This document shows positions 39,473 through 53,395 of a stretch of DNA of 64,000 nucleotides, one piece after another. The translations under genes and the position numbers were made by a program. Location: contig NC_043009.1 in the NCBI RefSeq assembly GCF_006345805.1, forward strand, positions 41,354,001-41,418,000, read 5' to 3'. Source of the DNA: Octopus sinensis (lineage: Eukaryota). The stretch's first letter is position 1. Each line of letters begins with the position of its first letter. The notes under the pieces are model-generated. The model was given only the letters and a program-made list of their open reading frames with translations, made no database searches and had not been told where the DNA came from.

Positions 39473-39705
39473 TGTATGTATATATATATATATATATATA
39501 TATACTCATACATACATGAGTACTTTAACTCTTATTTCTATTAACGTAGGTACTTCGGCACCCTTAGTCACACTTATTGACGACTGAATTTTTCCTTTAT
39601 GGTATCACATTGTGCCTGGCTGTTTGTATTAACTATATATATATACATACATACATTCATATATATACATACATTCATATATATATATATATATATTATA
39701 TATAT

Positions 39706-39755
<50 letters not shown>

Positions 39756-40548
39756 TCGTTGTCGTTTAACGTCCGATTTCCCCATGCTGGCATAGGTTGG
39801 ACCGTATGACTGAGGGCTGGCAAGCCAGAAGGCTGCACGTTGAAGAGCGTAGGCTCGAAATGTAAAAAACTTTCTCACCTTCCCGAGCGTTAAACTAATA
39901 CACCTGTTTGTTGTTTACACACCTGTCTTCGTCTTTTTTTTTGTAAATTCCAACTATATATATAAATATAAAAACAAAACATTCAAACATTAAGGTTTGA
40001 AATAAGATGTCCCTACTGTTAATATCATCTGTGAATAAAATTTAAAACTGATGGTATCAACAGTTGTAACATAGGTGGTTCGCAGGCAAATAGCATTATT
40101 AAGCTATAATGTACAAATTAGCACGAAGCGTAACAATGAAGAAAAGTATCAACCTGCTAGAAATAAAAGCTAAAGTCTTAATGAAACCACCGTAAAGGAC
40201 CAAAATAAAAGGGAAATAACAGTAGGCGAGGAAACTGAAAGAATTAATATATTCAAGAGCACACCTATGAAAGATTATGCTATTCAAGATATCTACATAG
40301 CCGAGTTTCGGCTTCTGGAAGCTTAATTCTTGTGACTCTTCAGTGTAGACTATCTTATAAAAGCTCAAGCCTTTCACGTTATATATTCGCGAACGTACTG
40401 GTCTTGTTTTGCACCAAAAACACAGCAAATGGTACAAGAATATTTATGAACAAAACATTCAAACGCAGATGTCACTACTGTTGATATCATCTGTGGATAA
40501 AATTTAAAATTGTTGGTATCAACATTAGTACACACAAACACACACACA

Positions 40549-40597
<49 letters not shown>

Positions 40598-40639
40598 ACA
40601 CACACACACACACAAATGTGTGTGTGTGTCTGTGTATGC

Positions 40640-41850
40640 CTTTGGGTTTGTGACCCCCACCCACTGTTCAACAATTGGTATTGGTTTGTTTACGTTTCGT
40701 AGATTCTCGGTTCGGCAAAACTGACCGATATAATAAGGGCCAAACTCCAAAAATAAATACTGGAGTCGATTTGTTCAACTAAACACTCTTGAAGGCAGTG
40801 CCCCAGCCTGGTCACATTCCAATGATTGAAAAAAAACATTATAAAAGATGAAAACATACCATTATGTATTATTTTAAATATGATCAACGGGTATAGCTCA
40901 GCAGAATCATTGCAGCATCATGAAAATTCTTTGGGGGTATTTGTCCCAGCTCTTTACGTTCTGAGCTCAAATCCGGCCGAAGCCAACTTTATCTTTCAGC
41001 ATTACGGGGTCGATGAAATAAAATATCACTAGGACTGAAGGTGGCTGCCAACTGATCCTGCTGGAGTACGATGAATGCATCGTGCGTTGCACGATAAGGG
41101 ATCACCTAAGTTTGAGTAAACTAAGTATTGGGGTGATTTTACTGTCTAACCCTCTTCCTTCAAGACCTCAAAATTGTTGGCTTCAAGCTCAAATCAAAAA
41201 TAATTATTATTCTTAATATTTTTAAGGCAGTTATTTGGCAGAATCGTTAGCACGCCGGGCAGAATTCTTAGCGGCATTTTGTTCGTTATTACGTTCTGAG
41301 TTCAAATTCCACCGACGTCGACTTTGCCTTCCATCCTTTTGGAGTCGATAAAATAAGTAATTGCTGGGCTTGTGCCAAAATTTGAAGTCGTTATTATATT
41401 ATAGGTAAGGCAGTGAGCAGCGGAATAGTTTGCACGTCGGACAAAATGCTTATCAGCATTTCTTTACGTTCTATGTTCAAATTCCGTGTGATCAACTTTG
41501 CCTTTTATAAGTACCAGTGAAGTGCTGGAGCCGAGAATCACTGACGCGTCGGATAAGACGTTTAGCGGCATTTTTTGAGGCTTTTATGATCCGAGTTCAA
41601 ATCTCGTTGAAGTCAGCTTTGTTTTCAGGGTCGATAAAATTAGGTACTTAGTTTGTATTTTGGCTGATGTAATCAACTGATCTTCCTTTAAAATTGCGTC
41701 TCAATTTAGAAAGGGCAGTGGAATGGAAACGTCGTAAGAGCATGGAAAAAAATGCTTTGCAGTATATCTTTCAGCTCCTTACGTTCTCAGTTCAAATCCC
41801 ACCAAATGCCAGCCTTGTCCTCCATTTATCCAGGATCGATAAAATACACC
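40640..41850 (+). mobile_element. Cluster of a SINE A 3' module and about five diverged same-strand SINE B copies
   Basis: cgttct(g)agttcaaatt cores repeated at about 40960, 41295, 41470, 41590 and 41785. Confidence 0.7.
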
Positions 41851-43328
41851 ATTTCACTACACTTTCGGCACAGCGCACCAGTATCGTTCCTCTAGTGCTG
41901 AACGGTATCAACGCTATCCCTGAAAATGAGTTTTGTGAGTTCAAAGTGTAGCATGTCCTTTTCTCTTGTAATCAACCTATCAAAACAGCAAACATTCTAT
42001 TATTTACTGAGGGTTTGCTTTTTGCTTTTTGCTCCTACTCAACCATTTCTTTCACATGCTCCTATCATATATTTTACGATGCCTTTCTGCTTATCTCTGC
42101 AAATTGTGAGTCACTGCTCTCTCAGCCGTTCCTAATTCTAGTACCAGTCAAATGGAGCAGAGTGACGCTGGTTACAAATCCGTGACATTTTATCCTTACC
42201 AGAAGCACCACACACAACACGACTTGGTAATTCTTTCATATTTTAGGCCTCTCCTTTTAATCTGCCCACTCTATACTGCTTTCATACGACAACCTAAAAT
42301 TAACGACTGAGAGATTTGTGTCAAATAAAATCATACCATATAGTCAAGGTGTTGCATCATTATTGCCCGGAACCCACTTAGCAATATTCAGTAATTAGCA
42401 CCGTTAAAAAATATGAGTCTTAGTTTTCCTGTCTTCACATTGCCCATTCTCGTCCTTCTTGTGGAAAAGAGAAGAAATATAACTTAGTGTTGATTCTCAT
42501 TCTCTGATACTGCCGTCTAGCCGTTTTAGAATACTGAAGACTTACTTATGCCGTCAAGAATGATTAGAATATAATCTTAATATAAATTTGAATATATTCA
42601 TATTAACACTTTGACACCAACTCTCCCGAGACTACTCCTGGTTGTATGACATAAATTCTTTGGTTGGAAGTGATCTAAATTAAAACATGTCAAAATTTCA
42701 TACTAAATTATGATCCAAACACCTGCTTGATAATGACAAAGTTATTTTGCTAAATCCTTCATTATTTTCGAAATAATTTGAAATAAAGACAGTCTACTTC
42801 CATAGAATTACGGTAACAAAAAAAGATAAAGTGATCTAAATTAAAACTTCCCATCAAAATTTCGTGTTAATTAATAATGACCGAATCATTTTACTAACCT
42901 CTTCATTGTTTTTAAAAATGTATTTCACCTTCGGCTGCGTTTGTTTTCGGAGTTTCAACAGAACGCTACTCTTGGATGGAGTCAACAGAACGCTGCTCTT
43001 GGCCGATTATTATTATTATTATTATTATTTCTTCGTATTCCGGCATTTTTTAAAATTAGAAAAATGAATAAAATCCTGTCTTCGCAAAACATGTAAAGAT
43101 GCAAAACAATTATTACACCCTCCAAAAGGGGGTGCAATTACACAAAATATTACCACCACGACCTAGACAATACAAGCAAAATACTTGTTAAATAAAATTC
43201 TTAATGAACGGGTTGCAACCAGCCGAAAAGGGATCCAACATGTACGACTGCACAGGCTGACGGCCATAATAGTAATAATAATAATAGTAATAATAATAAT
43301 AGTAATAATAATAATAATAATAATAATG

Positions 43329-43363
<35 letters not shown>

Positions 43364-43846
43364 CTATTACTACCCATGTATTTTAATTTAACTTAAAAGA
43401 AAAAAAAAACGAACGAACTATTGAGTTTAGTTTAATGGCCTACCAATGTATACTATGAGTTTCTTTGCCCTAGGAGTCGGGAAGACACTCGGCAAGAAAT
43501 GGAAGCAAATTTGAAAGAAGAAAAAAAAAATAATAATAACAATAATAATGAGGTTTGAATAATTCACCTCTGGAAACATGGGTGTTTCGTTCAATATCCT
43601 CAAACAACCCTTATTCAGGGACCTTTTGAGCGGGATGGATTACTCGACCAGAAGAAAATTCTAACTGGGCCCCACCTGCAAGGTCATGTGCTGTTTATCT
43701 TGATATGAAATCACCATGTCACGCACATATGGTTGTGATGCATGTGTCTAGTGTACCCTTATCAGACGGGTAGTCATGATGGGTATACTGGGCTTCGTAT
43801 ATTTTACCCCAGTGTCACTTTGATGGCATGCACTGCTCTCTCACTC

Positions 43847-43882
<36 letters not shown>

Positions 43883-45291
43883 CATGTATAGCAAGGATAT
43901 AGTAATGGAATTCAGTATTTCGAAGTGTGTCGTGCTCATTTTGAAACGGGGGAAAAGAGTAAATTGTAGGGCAATAGAATTTCCAAACGGGGAGAAAATG
44001 GAAGACCCGGATGGTGATGTGTACAAGTACTTTGGGATCCTGAAGCTGGAGAACATCTTGCATAAAGAAATGAAAGACAAGATCATCACTGCATATTTCA
44101 AGCGCCTTAAACCTCTCTTTAAATCAAAACTCAACTCAAGGAAGCTTGAGCGGTTACTGTAGTCCGCTATAGTGCACCCTTTCTGAAATGGGCACAAGCG
44201 GAGATTAACCAACTCGATCGCGCTACCCGAAAGACAATGAAAATGAATGGTGCCCTCCACCTTGAGGCGAATGTACACAGACTCTACATGAAGAAGAGTA
44301 AAGGTGGGCGTGGCCTGATGAGCGTATGGGTGTGCATCAACAGTGAAAGAATAAACATGGCAGAATATTTGATAAACAGCAAACATAACCTGCTACAGTA
44401 TGCTGCTAATTTAACAAAAATGGAATTTAACAAAAATGGAGAGTGCTCCTAAATTCCGATCAAGAACAGCCAACAAGAGAGAAGAAACCCTACTCCGCAT
44501 GAAATTACATGGTCAGTTCCACCGCGAAACCAACAAATTAAAAGATCAGGAAGAATCATGGAGGCGGCTTAACAAGGGTGACCTAAAAAAAGAATTCTGA
44601 AAGCCTAATCAACGCTGCCGAGGACCAGGTATTGAATACCAACTCAGTGAAAAAGAATATATACCACACATGTTCAACGGACCTCTGCAGAATGTGTGGG
44701 AAGAGGGTCGAAAGCGTGATTCACATTGTTAGAGCTTGGCACAGAAAGAGTACAAGCGCAGACACGACAAGGTAGTCCCAAACCTCCACTGGCTACTATG
44801 CTGTAAGTATGGGTATGAAGTTACGGGCGCTTGGTACCATCATACACCGGAAAAGGTAATGGACGAAAAGGGGAAGGCAAAAATCCCCTGGGATTTCGAC
44901 TTCCAGACTGACAAGGTATTAGAACACCGAAGGCCGGATTTAGTAACCTTTAAGAGGGAGAAACAAGAGTGCCTAATAATTGACGTGGCAGTGCCAGAAG
45001 ATCAACATATCATCATGAAAGAAAGAGAAAAGGTTGATAAATATGGAGACTTGAGAATTGAGATCGTTAAGATGTGGCAACTACGTGAATCAGACATAAA
45101 GGTTATCCCTATTGTCATCGGTGCAATGGGTTCAATACCACCCAATCTGAAAAAAAAAACATCTTAAAACTTTAGAAATACCCTACAGTCTAGGAGTATT
45201 GCAAAAGTCGGCATCACTTGGAACTGCCTGCATGTTGCGTAAAGTACTGTCTGTCTGAGGCCCTTGTTGTGAGTGTATACTGTGAGACGTC

Positions 45292-45293
<2 letters not shown>
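43883..45293 (+). mobile_element. 5'-truncated R4/Dong-type non-LTR retrotransposon (RT thumb, CCHC, RLE); pseudogene
   Basis: YSKDIVMEFSISKC..YKYFGIL, LHLEANVHRLY..KGGRGL, LHGQF, CRMCG..HIV, EYKRRHDKV..LHW, HRRPDLV..IIDVAVP..KEREKVDKY, ..LRKVLSV*. (TAA)n on both sides. Confidence 0.92.
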
Positions 45294-45329
<36 letters not shown>

Positions 45330-45744
45330 GGCCAACAGACCAGATATAGTTGTCAGAGATCATGAAGGAAAAAAATGCTTTCTAATTGATGTATCAATAC
45401 CGGCAGATGACAATGTGTCTCTAAAAGAAATGGAGAAACTCAAAATACAAAGACCTGGAAATAGAGGTAACCAGAATGTGGAATCTAAAAACAGAAACAA
45501 TTCCTATCATAGTAGGTGCATTAGGCATGATAAAAAATATTCAGACAAATACATAACAAAAACACCAGACTTACAAACACATATAACATACAGAAAATTG
45601 CACTACTAGGCACTGCACACATCCTACGCAGAACACTTTCCATACAATAACCATCAGAGCATCACAACAAATCACAGCACATACCCAAGGCACACAGAGC
45701 TGCGCTCGGTAGTGAAGTGAAAGCACGCTATAAAAATAAAACTA

Positions 45745-45748
<4 letters not shown>
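45330..45748 (+). mobile_element. Second R4/Dong-type family: RLE domain and 3' UTR only
   Basis: ANRPDIVVRDHEGKKCFLIDVSIPADDNVSLKEMEKL / KYKDLEIEVTRMW..IPIIVGALG..LLGTAHILRRTLSIQ*. (TAA)n on both sides. Confidence 0.9.
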
Positions 45749-45792
<44 letters not shown>

Positions 45793-46461
45793 GATGATGA
45801 TGATGATGATGAAGAAGATAATAATATTAATAGCAATAATAATCATAATGTATATGTATAGAAATAATATAAAAGCGAAATAAAAACTAAAAGCAAAAAA
45901 CGCAACACGTGAGGAAATAACAAGGGGAGAGAAATGTGTGGGGAAATATTGGAATAACTCAATAACACTTCTAGGCAATCTTACGGGCCCCCAAAATGAT
46001 ATTTAATATAATTTATTAATATATAAATAAAATTTAATATCAGATACCTAGCAAACATAGCAAAGAGACTGTTGTATGGCTCGCAAACAGAAGTTCCACT
46101 TTTTTTCCTGTTTAAATTTAATAATTGTAACTTTTCTTTTTATAAATTCCACTTTCTAATTCACTTATTGGTCTCCTTTTATGGGTATTTATTTAATTTA
46201 ATTAAAAGCGATTAATAATCGTCTACATTGCATTGGTTTGTCTCCTTTCTCCTAGACCTCTAGATATACACAAAGACGTATGTAGAAAGATATCTGTATG
46301 TGTACACCTAGTGAAATATGAATATACAGAATATAGGTATATTCATCTTTTCTATCTCAGACTATATTTTCATTCAGAATTGTTAATTCTGTTAATTAAT
46401 ACCATATAAGATTTCTAGGTATATAAAATAAATGTACGTGTACTTTACTAAAATGATCTCC

Positions 46462-46509
<48 letters not shown>

Positions 46510-46529
46510 ATATATATATGTTATATATA

Positions 46530-46563
46530 TAAGAGACAAAGTGTGCGTTCTTGTCCCATTTTG

Positions 46564-46611
<48 letters not shown>

Positions 46612-46698
46612 TATAATAATATATATAGGCATACTTATTATATTAGTTATATGTATGTATGTATGTATGTATGTATTATGTATGTATGTATGTATGTA

Positions 46699-46754
<56 letters not shown>

Positions 46755-46772
46755 ATATATATATATACATAT

Positions 46773-46820
<48 letters not shown>

Positions 46821-46889
46821 GAAGAAAGTGTGCATTCTTGTCCCATTTTGTATTTTATATATATATATAGGCATAATTATTAATATTAG

Positions 46890-46930
<41 letters not shown>
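46530..46930. repeat. Tandem duplication within a (TA)n tract
   Basis: aagtgtgc(g/a)ttcttgtcccattttgtatt...taggcata..attagttatatgta occurs twice, about 290 bp apart. Confidence 0.75.
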
Positions 46931-46937
<7 letters not shown>

Positions 46938-48159
46938 TTCATTTTTGTATCTGATTTCCAAGATTCTTTATGCGAAATCGTGTGTTGAAACACATTTTGT
47001 TGTGTCACGGTGAGTCATTACGCCAATATAATTAAGACACATACTGGTTCAATTCCACTAATTTGCTATTAGTCAATTGGGTGAATATTCGAATGTTTTG
47101 GTTTTGTTTGTCAAAGTTCTTTCGTTGCTTCTTGCAAACTTTTCAATGACTATTGCCTTAATCCGTTATAGAAGCCTCGTTTGTTTGAGATCTTATTGTG
47201 TGCGTATGTGTGAGTGCCAGCGTGCGCGCATGCTTCGGTATGTACGTTCGTCCGTATGTATGTATCTATATTTGTGTGTTTGTGTGTGTATGTATATGTG
47301 TATGTATATATGTTTATGCATATATATTTGCATGTATGTGTATGTATGTGTGTGTGTGAGTATACACACACATATGTACAGATAGTTTGATAAATACTAA
47401 GCAATACTTTATATCGAATAATTAAATCCATAACCGGACTTTGAATATGCATTCATAATTTACTAGTACACTCATGTTTTATAGTAGCAATCTTCGGGTG
47501 AATAACTTCACTTAGTATCTATCAGTTATGAAAGATTACAAATGAAGTCAGTGAATTTTTGTCGCGTCTGGGTTTCAAATTCATAACTGCTGTAACCCGT
47601 GAATTGCCAAATTATGGAGCATCTTAAATTAAACGTCTTGTTAAAATTAATGAGAGATTATTGTTGAGTATATATAAGAAGTATGTATGTATGTATGTAC
47701 GTATGTACGAATGTGCGGGCATGCATATATGTATGTATACATTAAGTGCATTGTGCAAAATAATTAAACAGATAGAAAAATATTAAAATGAAACTAAATC
47801 TTTTGTTTATTTAATAACTCATATCCTTTTAATGGAGTTTCTAATATTATACCCTTTGTTTAGTTTTTTAAAAGTTATTATTTAAGAAATCCCTCTTCTT
47901 GATTCGACTAGACTTTGAATTAATGGAATTTTTCAGTATTGTGGTTATTTTATGTGTTGTCAGTGTATCCACACCCTCTCAGTCAATGAATTTTCCGTTT
48001 ACGCAATAAAGAATCTTCTTGCAACTGCTGAATTAAATGACGAAATTATTCAACAGTAGATTGTTACTGGAAACTTGAGTCAAGGAGGTCTATATAACGT
48101 CCTTGGTTTGCAAAATTGTAAAAGGTAACGTCCTTTATTATTATTGTATATATAACATA

Positions 48160-48503
48160 ATGCAAACGTGTAGGATTTTTGTGCATTTTGTTTACAGAAA
48201 ATAAAGAAATAGCAGTAATAACGTTTAATAAATGTTGCTTACTGCAAGTTATGGATGATTCTTTTATGACTTCATTGCTTTCAGGCTTAGCTTAAGGTAT
48301 TTTCGCGCCCGACATCACAAAATGCGTCTGAATAAACATTGCCGGACAGCAAATAGACACTCGGACTTCATTTTTAACCTCAGAGACTCGAATATTGCTT
48401 AGAAAATAATTTTCATTTTTAACCTCGTATATAGTACGCACTAGGGATTTTGACCTTTAAATTTTGGGGAAAAAATGCGGATTACACAAGAAGATTTACG
48501 GTA
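48160..48503. mobile_element. End of a pogo/Tc2-like non-autonomous DNA transposon
   Basis: Terminus aaatgcggattacacaagaagatttacggta (reverse complement TACCGTAAAT...). The other end was not located. Confidence 0.5.
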
Positions 48504-48505
48504 AA

Positions 48506-49010
48506 TACCAGTACAAGGAATAATGGTGGAACATTCCCATCAAAACATTTGTCAAGTGTAAGCATAACAGGATGGATGTCGTTGTTTGGGACAGACAAGA
48601 AACAGTATGTACCGCCAGAGAGCTCAGCTGTCCTGCTGATGTGAATATTTTTTTGAAAATCAAAGAGAAAGAAGATAGCTATGGACAACAGCTTCGAAAC
48701 ATTCAGCTTTTATAACCGGATTACAAATATGTATTTATACCATTTATAGTTGGAACACTTGATTTTGTAAGTAAATGCTTAACTGTCTGTCTGGATAGGC
48801 TTGGATTTTCGGATAAAGAAATCAACCGACTGATTCGCACTTTACAAATACAGTCTGTAAGTGGAACAGTGGAACTCTGCAACATTTTTCCCAGGTTTAA
48901 AATGTGACTTTGTTTTCGTTATCTACATTCCAAAGATGGCTCTTTGTATCTTTGCTAGAAATCAGCTCCTTCTTCAGAGGAAGAATTTAAATGATTAAAA
49001 ACAGAATACA
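48506..49010 (+). mobile_element. Third RLE-type non-LTR retrotransposon 3' end, running into (CA)n
   Basis: One frame with two stops: WWNIPIKTFVKCKHNRMDVVVWDR..ELSCPADVNIFLKIKEKEDSYG..PDYKYVFIPFIVGTL..LIRTLQIQSVSGTVELC..FKM* (stop 48905-48907), then a 3' UTR of about 100 bp. Confidence 0.8.
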
Positions 49011-49026
49011 CACACGCACACGCACA

Positions 49027-49106
<80 letters not shown>

Positions 49107-49851
49107 TATAATAGGACATATCTATAGATTTTAGTCGTCCACACACAGTGTTACGACGAAAGTGAACAATGAGTCTATGGAATATGCCGATGCAGATTGC
49201 TTGAGAAAGAGTGTATCAAAAATAGAAACGTGCATGTACCATTATCCACGAACCTACTATATACATATGTTCTTCACATTCACCACAACACCATAATATT
49301 GTGTTGGCTACCGTATTTTCAGTGTGACACTATGGCAATATATACGTATTGTAGGCGTTTGTGTGTGTGTGTGAGTGTGTAGACGCACACATACAGATTA
49401 TACACTCACACACACTCAGATTATACACACACACACACACTGCTCATTGTTTTACTGGAGAAGACACGAATCATTATCTTCTTCGTGTGTTTATATAACT
49501 ATTTTATCGTGAATGAATTGCTGCTAATTTATCTCTTTAACATGCTAAACATTTTCCTAAACTCAACAGTTTTTAAATCTGTTCCGATAAAACCACATAA
49601 TATAATTAGCAATACAGCTTAATTATGCACACATGCCAGTAATTAGAGATTCCTCTTAGATGATGTCGTTAACGAAAACGTCGTTACAGGCGCGGTATAG
49701 CCGCGTGGGTTAGATTTTCGCCTTGCATTAATGTGGCTTTCATTCCGAGGCTGCAACCTCAGAATGAGAAAACTTTGTGAGCAGGTACGATTGACAAAAA
49801 CCTTTTCGAAACTTATATACATCTCTCTGTCTCTGTCTGTCTGTCTGTCTG

Positions 49852-49930
<79 letters not shown>

Positions 49931-49949
49931 TATATATTCATATATACAT

Positions 49950-50135
49950 ACGTAAATGTACATACCTACATCTATACGTGTATATATATAAGCATATGTG
50001 GGCACAGAACGTCATGAAGCGTGTACAACAAAAAAGTACGAAGCACGAGTACATGGAACATGAACTATTCTCTCGAACAACGAAAGACACAAATGGAAAA
50101 CAAAACAAGCAACATAAAGAACGACCCTTCATCAG
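49950..50135 (-). mobile_element. Dispersed repeat starting CTGATGAAGGG (Penelope-like terminus); second, folded-back copy at 50665-50836
   Basis: Direct similarity between the two copies; the same actgatgaagggtcgt occurs at about 33185-33200. Confidence 0.5.
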
Positions 50136-50629
50136 TTTTTGCTCATTCTAAGTAAATTAAATAAAATTTGGGATTTTTGCGGAGGGTCAAAATAGGTAAC
50201 ACAAACAGGACAGTGAAAACAAACAGTAAGGGCTGCTAAGCCTAAACGCGGTTATGGTGGTGAACGCGTAAATCAAGCGTGGACAAGAGACAAACAAGTA
50301 CACATCTTCTTTGTTCCAGCTACAACGGAAAGAAAGAAAGAAACACAAGTTAGGAGAAGAAAGATGACTGATGGTCACGTAAGAGCCACGTGAGCAAGGG
50401 AGGAGGAGTGAAGGAGAGAGAGAGTGGTAGAGTAATAGCAAAGAATAGTGGGAGAAGAGGAGGTAAAATAATAAGAGAGAGAAAGAGAGAAAAACGATAA
50501 AGTAATATGATCGTATAGAGTGCGCATCAGAATTATTGAGATAAAACTTACTTGGAAGATGATGCGTGGTGTTCAATCATATAATAATAATAATGATAAT
50601 AATAATAATAATAAAATAATAATAATAAT

Positions 50630-50670
<41 letters not shown>

Positions 50671-50844
50671 TACCTACATCTATACGTATATATATATAAG
50701 CATATGTGGGCACAGGACGTCATGAAACGCGTACAACAAAAATACGAAGCACGAGGAACAACGAAAGACACAAATTTGTGTCGTTTGTTGTTCGAAAGAA
50801 TAGTTCATGTTCCATGTACTCGTGCTTCGTATTTTTATTTCTGA

Positions 50845-52140
50845 CTAGTTTTATTTTTCCAGTCTATGGTTTGTTGTTAACCTTTATTCGAAGGCGGGTG
50901 ATGACTAGACGATAGTCTGTCTAGCAATCGTCAACGCTGTTAGCCCTTCATGAGATGAGGACATTTCTCTTGTCTCGTTGCCGGATTATGGAAGTGCCAG
51001 CGTTTCGATCTGGGGTGCTTCCAGGTGGTCTTGAAGCAATTTGAGAGTCGAAACTGGGTATTGGTGATGAAGAGAGAGAGAGAGAGAGGTTCAGCGCACA
51101 GCCCAAGGAGCAAGAGTCCATTTTCGTTGCAGTTTCCGACTCTTTCTTTGTTAATAGAGTTCTCTCATAGTCTGTTGTCTCTTCTCCACTATTACATCGA
51201 AATTCTTGAGGAGAAGGCGCTTGTCATATGGTGGTACATTGAAGATCTAGTCACTCAACTGTTGGTAGAAGGAGTTTTGCACAATCTCATTGGCATCAAG
51301 TGTAGGTGCGTAAGTAGAGATCAGTGTCATAAAGGTGGTAGCAGAGATTGGTATTCGGAGAGTCATAAGCCGATCATTGATGGCAGAAGGTTTTAGATGG
51401 TGTTCCTTCACAAGCTTGGATTTTACAGGAAAAGAGATTCAGTGAATGTTTCTCTCTCTTCTTTCCCTTTCCAGAAGAAGGTACAACCTGAACCTATCTC
51501 TCCAGTCTTCCTTTCCCCAGATTAACATGTTTCACTGAGGGCAGCGATGTCGATGTTAAACCACGCTAGTTCTTTGGAGACAGGAGCTGTTTTACGTTTT
51601 GGTCTCTCCTTGTATTGGGGATCGAGGAGCGTTTGCACGTTCCATGTTTCAATGGTTAATTAAATTAATTTAATTTCTGTTGTTCGACCGCTTGAATGTG
51701 TGTCCTGCTGTATGCGGCTTACCAGCCAGGATTCTGTTGTGGCAGCCGATGTTTAGCCCACCTTTCCTAGGGTCTTCCCCATTCAGGGTGAGCAGCAGTG
51801 TTCTCAAATAGGCTTGCCCAGTAGCAGATGTAGGACCGAGTTTCTAGGTTGTCACCAGGTCCCAGGAAGGCGACCATCTTGCATCTGAAGCCAGTGTGCA
51901 GGTCTGCACTGAGAGCTTCTAGTTTTAACAAACTTGCTCCCATTATCCTTACCCTATCGCCGTTGGTTTTTGTAGAGAAAAAAAAAGGGTAAAGAAGAGT
52001 TGGATCAAAAAGAAACCAGCCAAAGGCGTGAGGTTTTTTTAGGGTGGAGATCTCCTTACCAAGGGGGTCCCCACACTCTATTGCCCCAAATCCTCCTTCC
52101 GCGGCACTATGCAGAGTCAATTGCAAGGTCCGGAAGATGA
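50845..52140 (-). mobile_element. RTE-clade LINE 5' part (5' UTR and APE endonuclease), decayed
   Basis: TWNVQTLLD..RPKRKTA..FNIDIAALSET..FFWKG..INDRLMTLRIP..TLISTYAPTL..GNCNENGLLLL..ITNT..KTTWKHPRSKRWH. Confidence 0.88.
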
Positions 52141-52384
52141 GTTGCAACGGAATGCCGCTTGCTCCAATGTCATTAGAGTTGCGCCTTTCTAGAGTATCGC
52201 TGTCCGACTGACACCATTCATTAGATTAAACACGGAGAGGACCTTGGAACTAGAATGAAATAAAATAACAGACTCAGTAATTGTGGTCCATCGTTATGTC
52301 TACAACCTCAGGCTAAAACACGAATAATTAAAAATCAAAATCATTTAAGTATGCGAGTGTATGTGTGAGTGTGAATGTGTGTGA

Positions 52385-52419
<35 letters not shown>

Positions 52420-52796
52420 CATGGACATTTCTAAAGGAAAAGTATGAGAGTAACCTTGAAGTTTCACCGTTGATTCAATATTTACATAAATTGAAAGCTG
52501 CAATTCATGCTTGCTTTTGTCTGTAAATGGGAAAGCAAGCATTGAATCTCTCCCCCTCTTTCTCTCACTCTCATACACACGAGTATATACGCAGATGCAT
52601 ACACACAGAGATGCATATCAATGTAAATGTATGTATGTATGTATGTGTGTATGTGTGTATGCATGTATACCTTTATGTAAATACATGTGTGTACTTTAAG
52701 GTTTGTTTTGTTATTTACAGACAAAAACAGGCATGTGTGTGCGCGCGTGTGTGTGTGTGTGTGTAATGTCGTATGTATACATATAATATAAATATA

Positions 52797-53320
52797 TAGG
52801 CGTGACTGTGTGGTAAGAAGGCGGCGAGATGGCAGAAGCATTAGCACGCTGGGCGAAATGCTTATCAGTATTTCGTCTGTCCTTCCGTTCTGAGTTCAAA
52901 TTCCGCCGAGGTCGACTTTGCCTTTCATCCTTTCGGGGTCGATAAATTAAGTACCAGTTACGCTGGTAATCGACTTAATTCCTTTGTCTGTTCTTGTTAG
53001 CCTCTTGTGGGCAATAAAGAAATAAGAAGCTTGCTTTCCAAACACATGGTTCTGCGTGGCAGCTTGGGCAAGTGTCTTCTACCATAGCTCAGGGTCGACC
53101 GACGCCTTGTGAGAGGATTTGGTGGACGGAATCTGAAAAAAAGCCCGTCCTATATACAGCATAGCTTGACAACCGATGTTGGTGTGCTTACGTCTCCGTA
53201 ACTTAGCGGTTCGGCAAAAGAGACCGACTGAATAAGTACTAGGCTTACAAAGAATAAGTCCTTGGGTCGATTTGTTCGACCAGCATGGCCGCAATCAAAT
53301 GACTGAAACAAGTAAAAGAA
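52797..53320 (+). mobile_element. SINE A with a SINE B (52821-53022) nested in its head
   Basis: TSD taagaag at 52814-52820 and 53023-53029; the host head resumes at cttgctttcc. Confidence 0.85.
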
Positions 53321-53341
53321 TATACATATTTCCATATGCCC

Positions 53342-53393
<52 letters not shown>

Positions 53394-53395
<2 letters not shown>

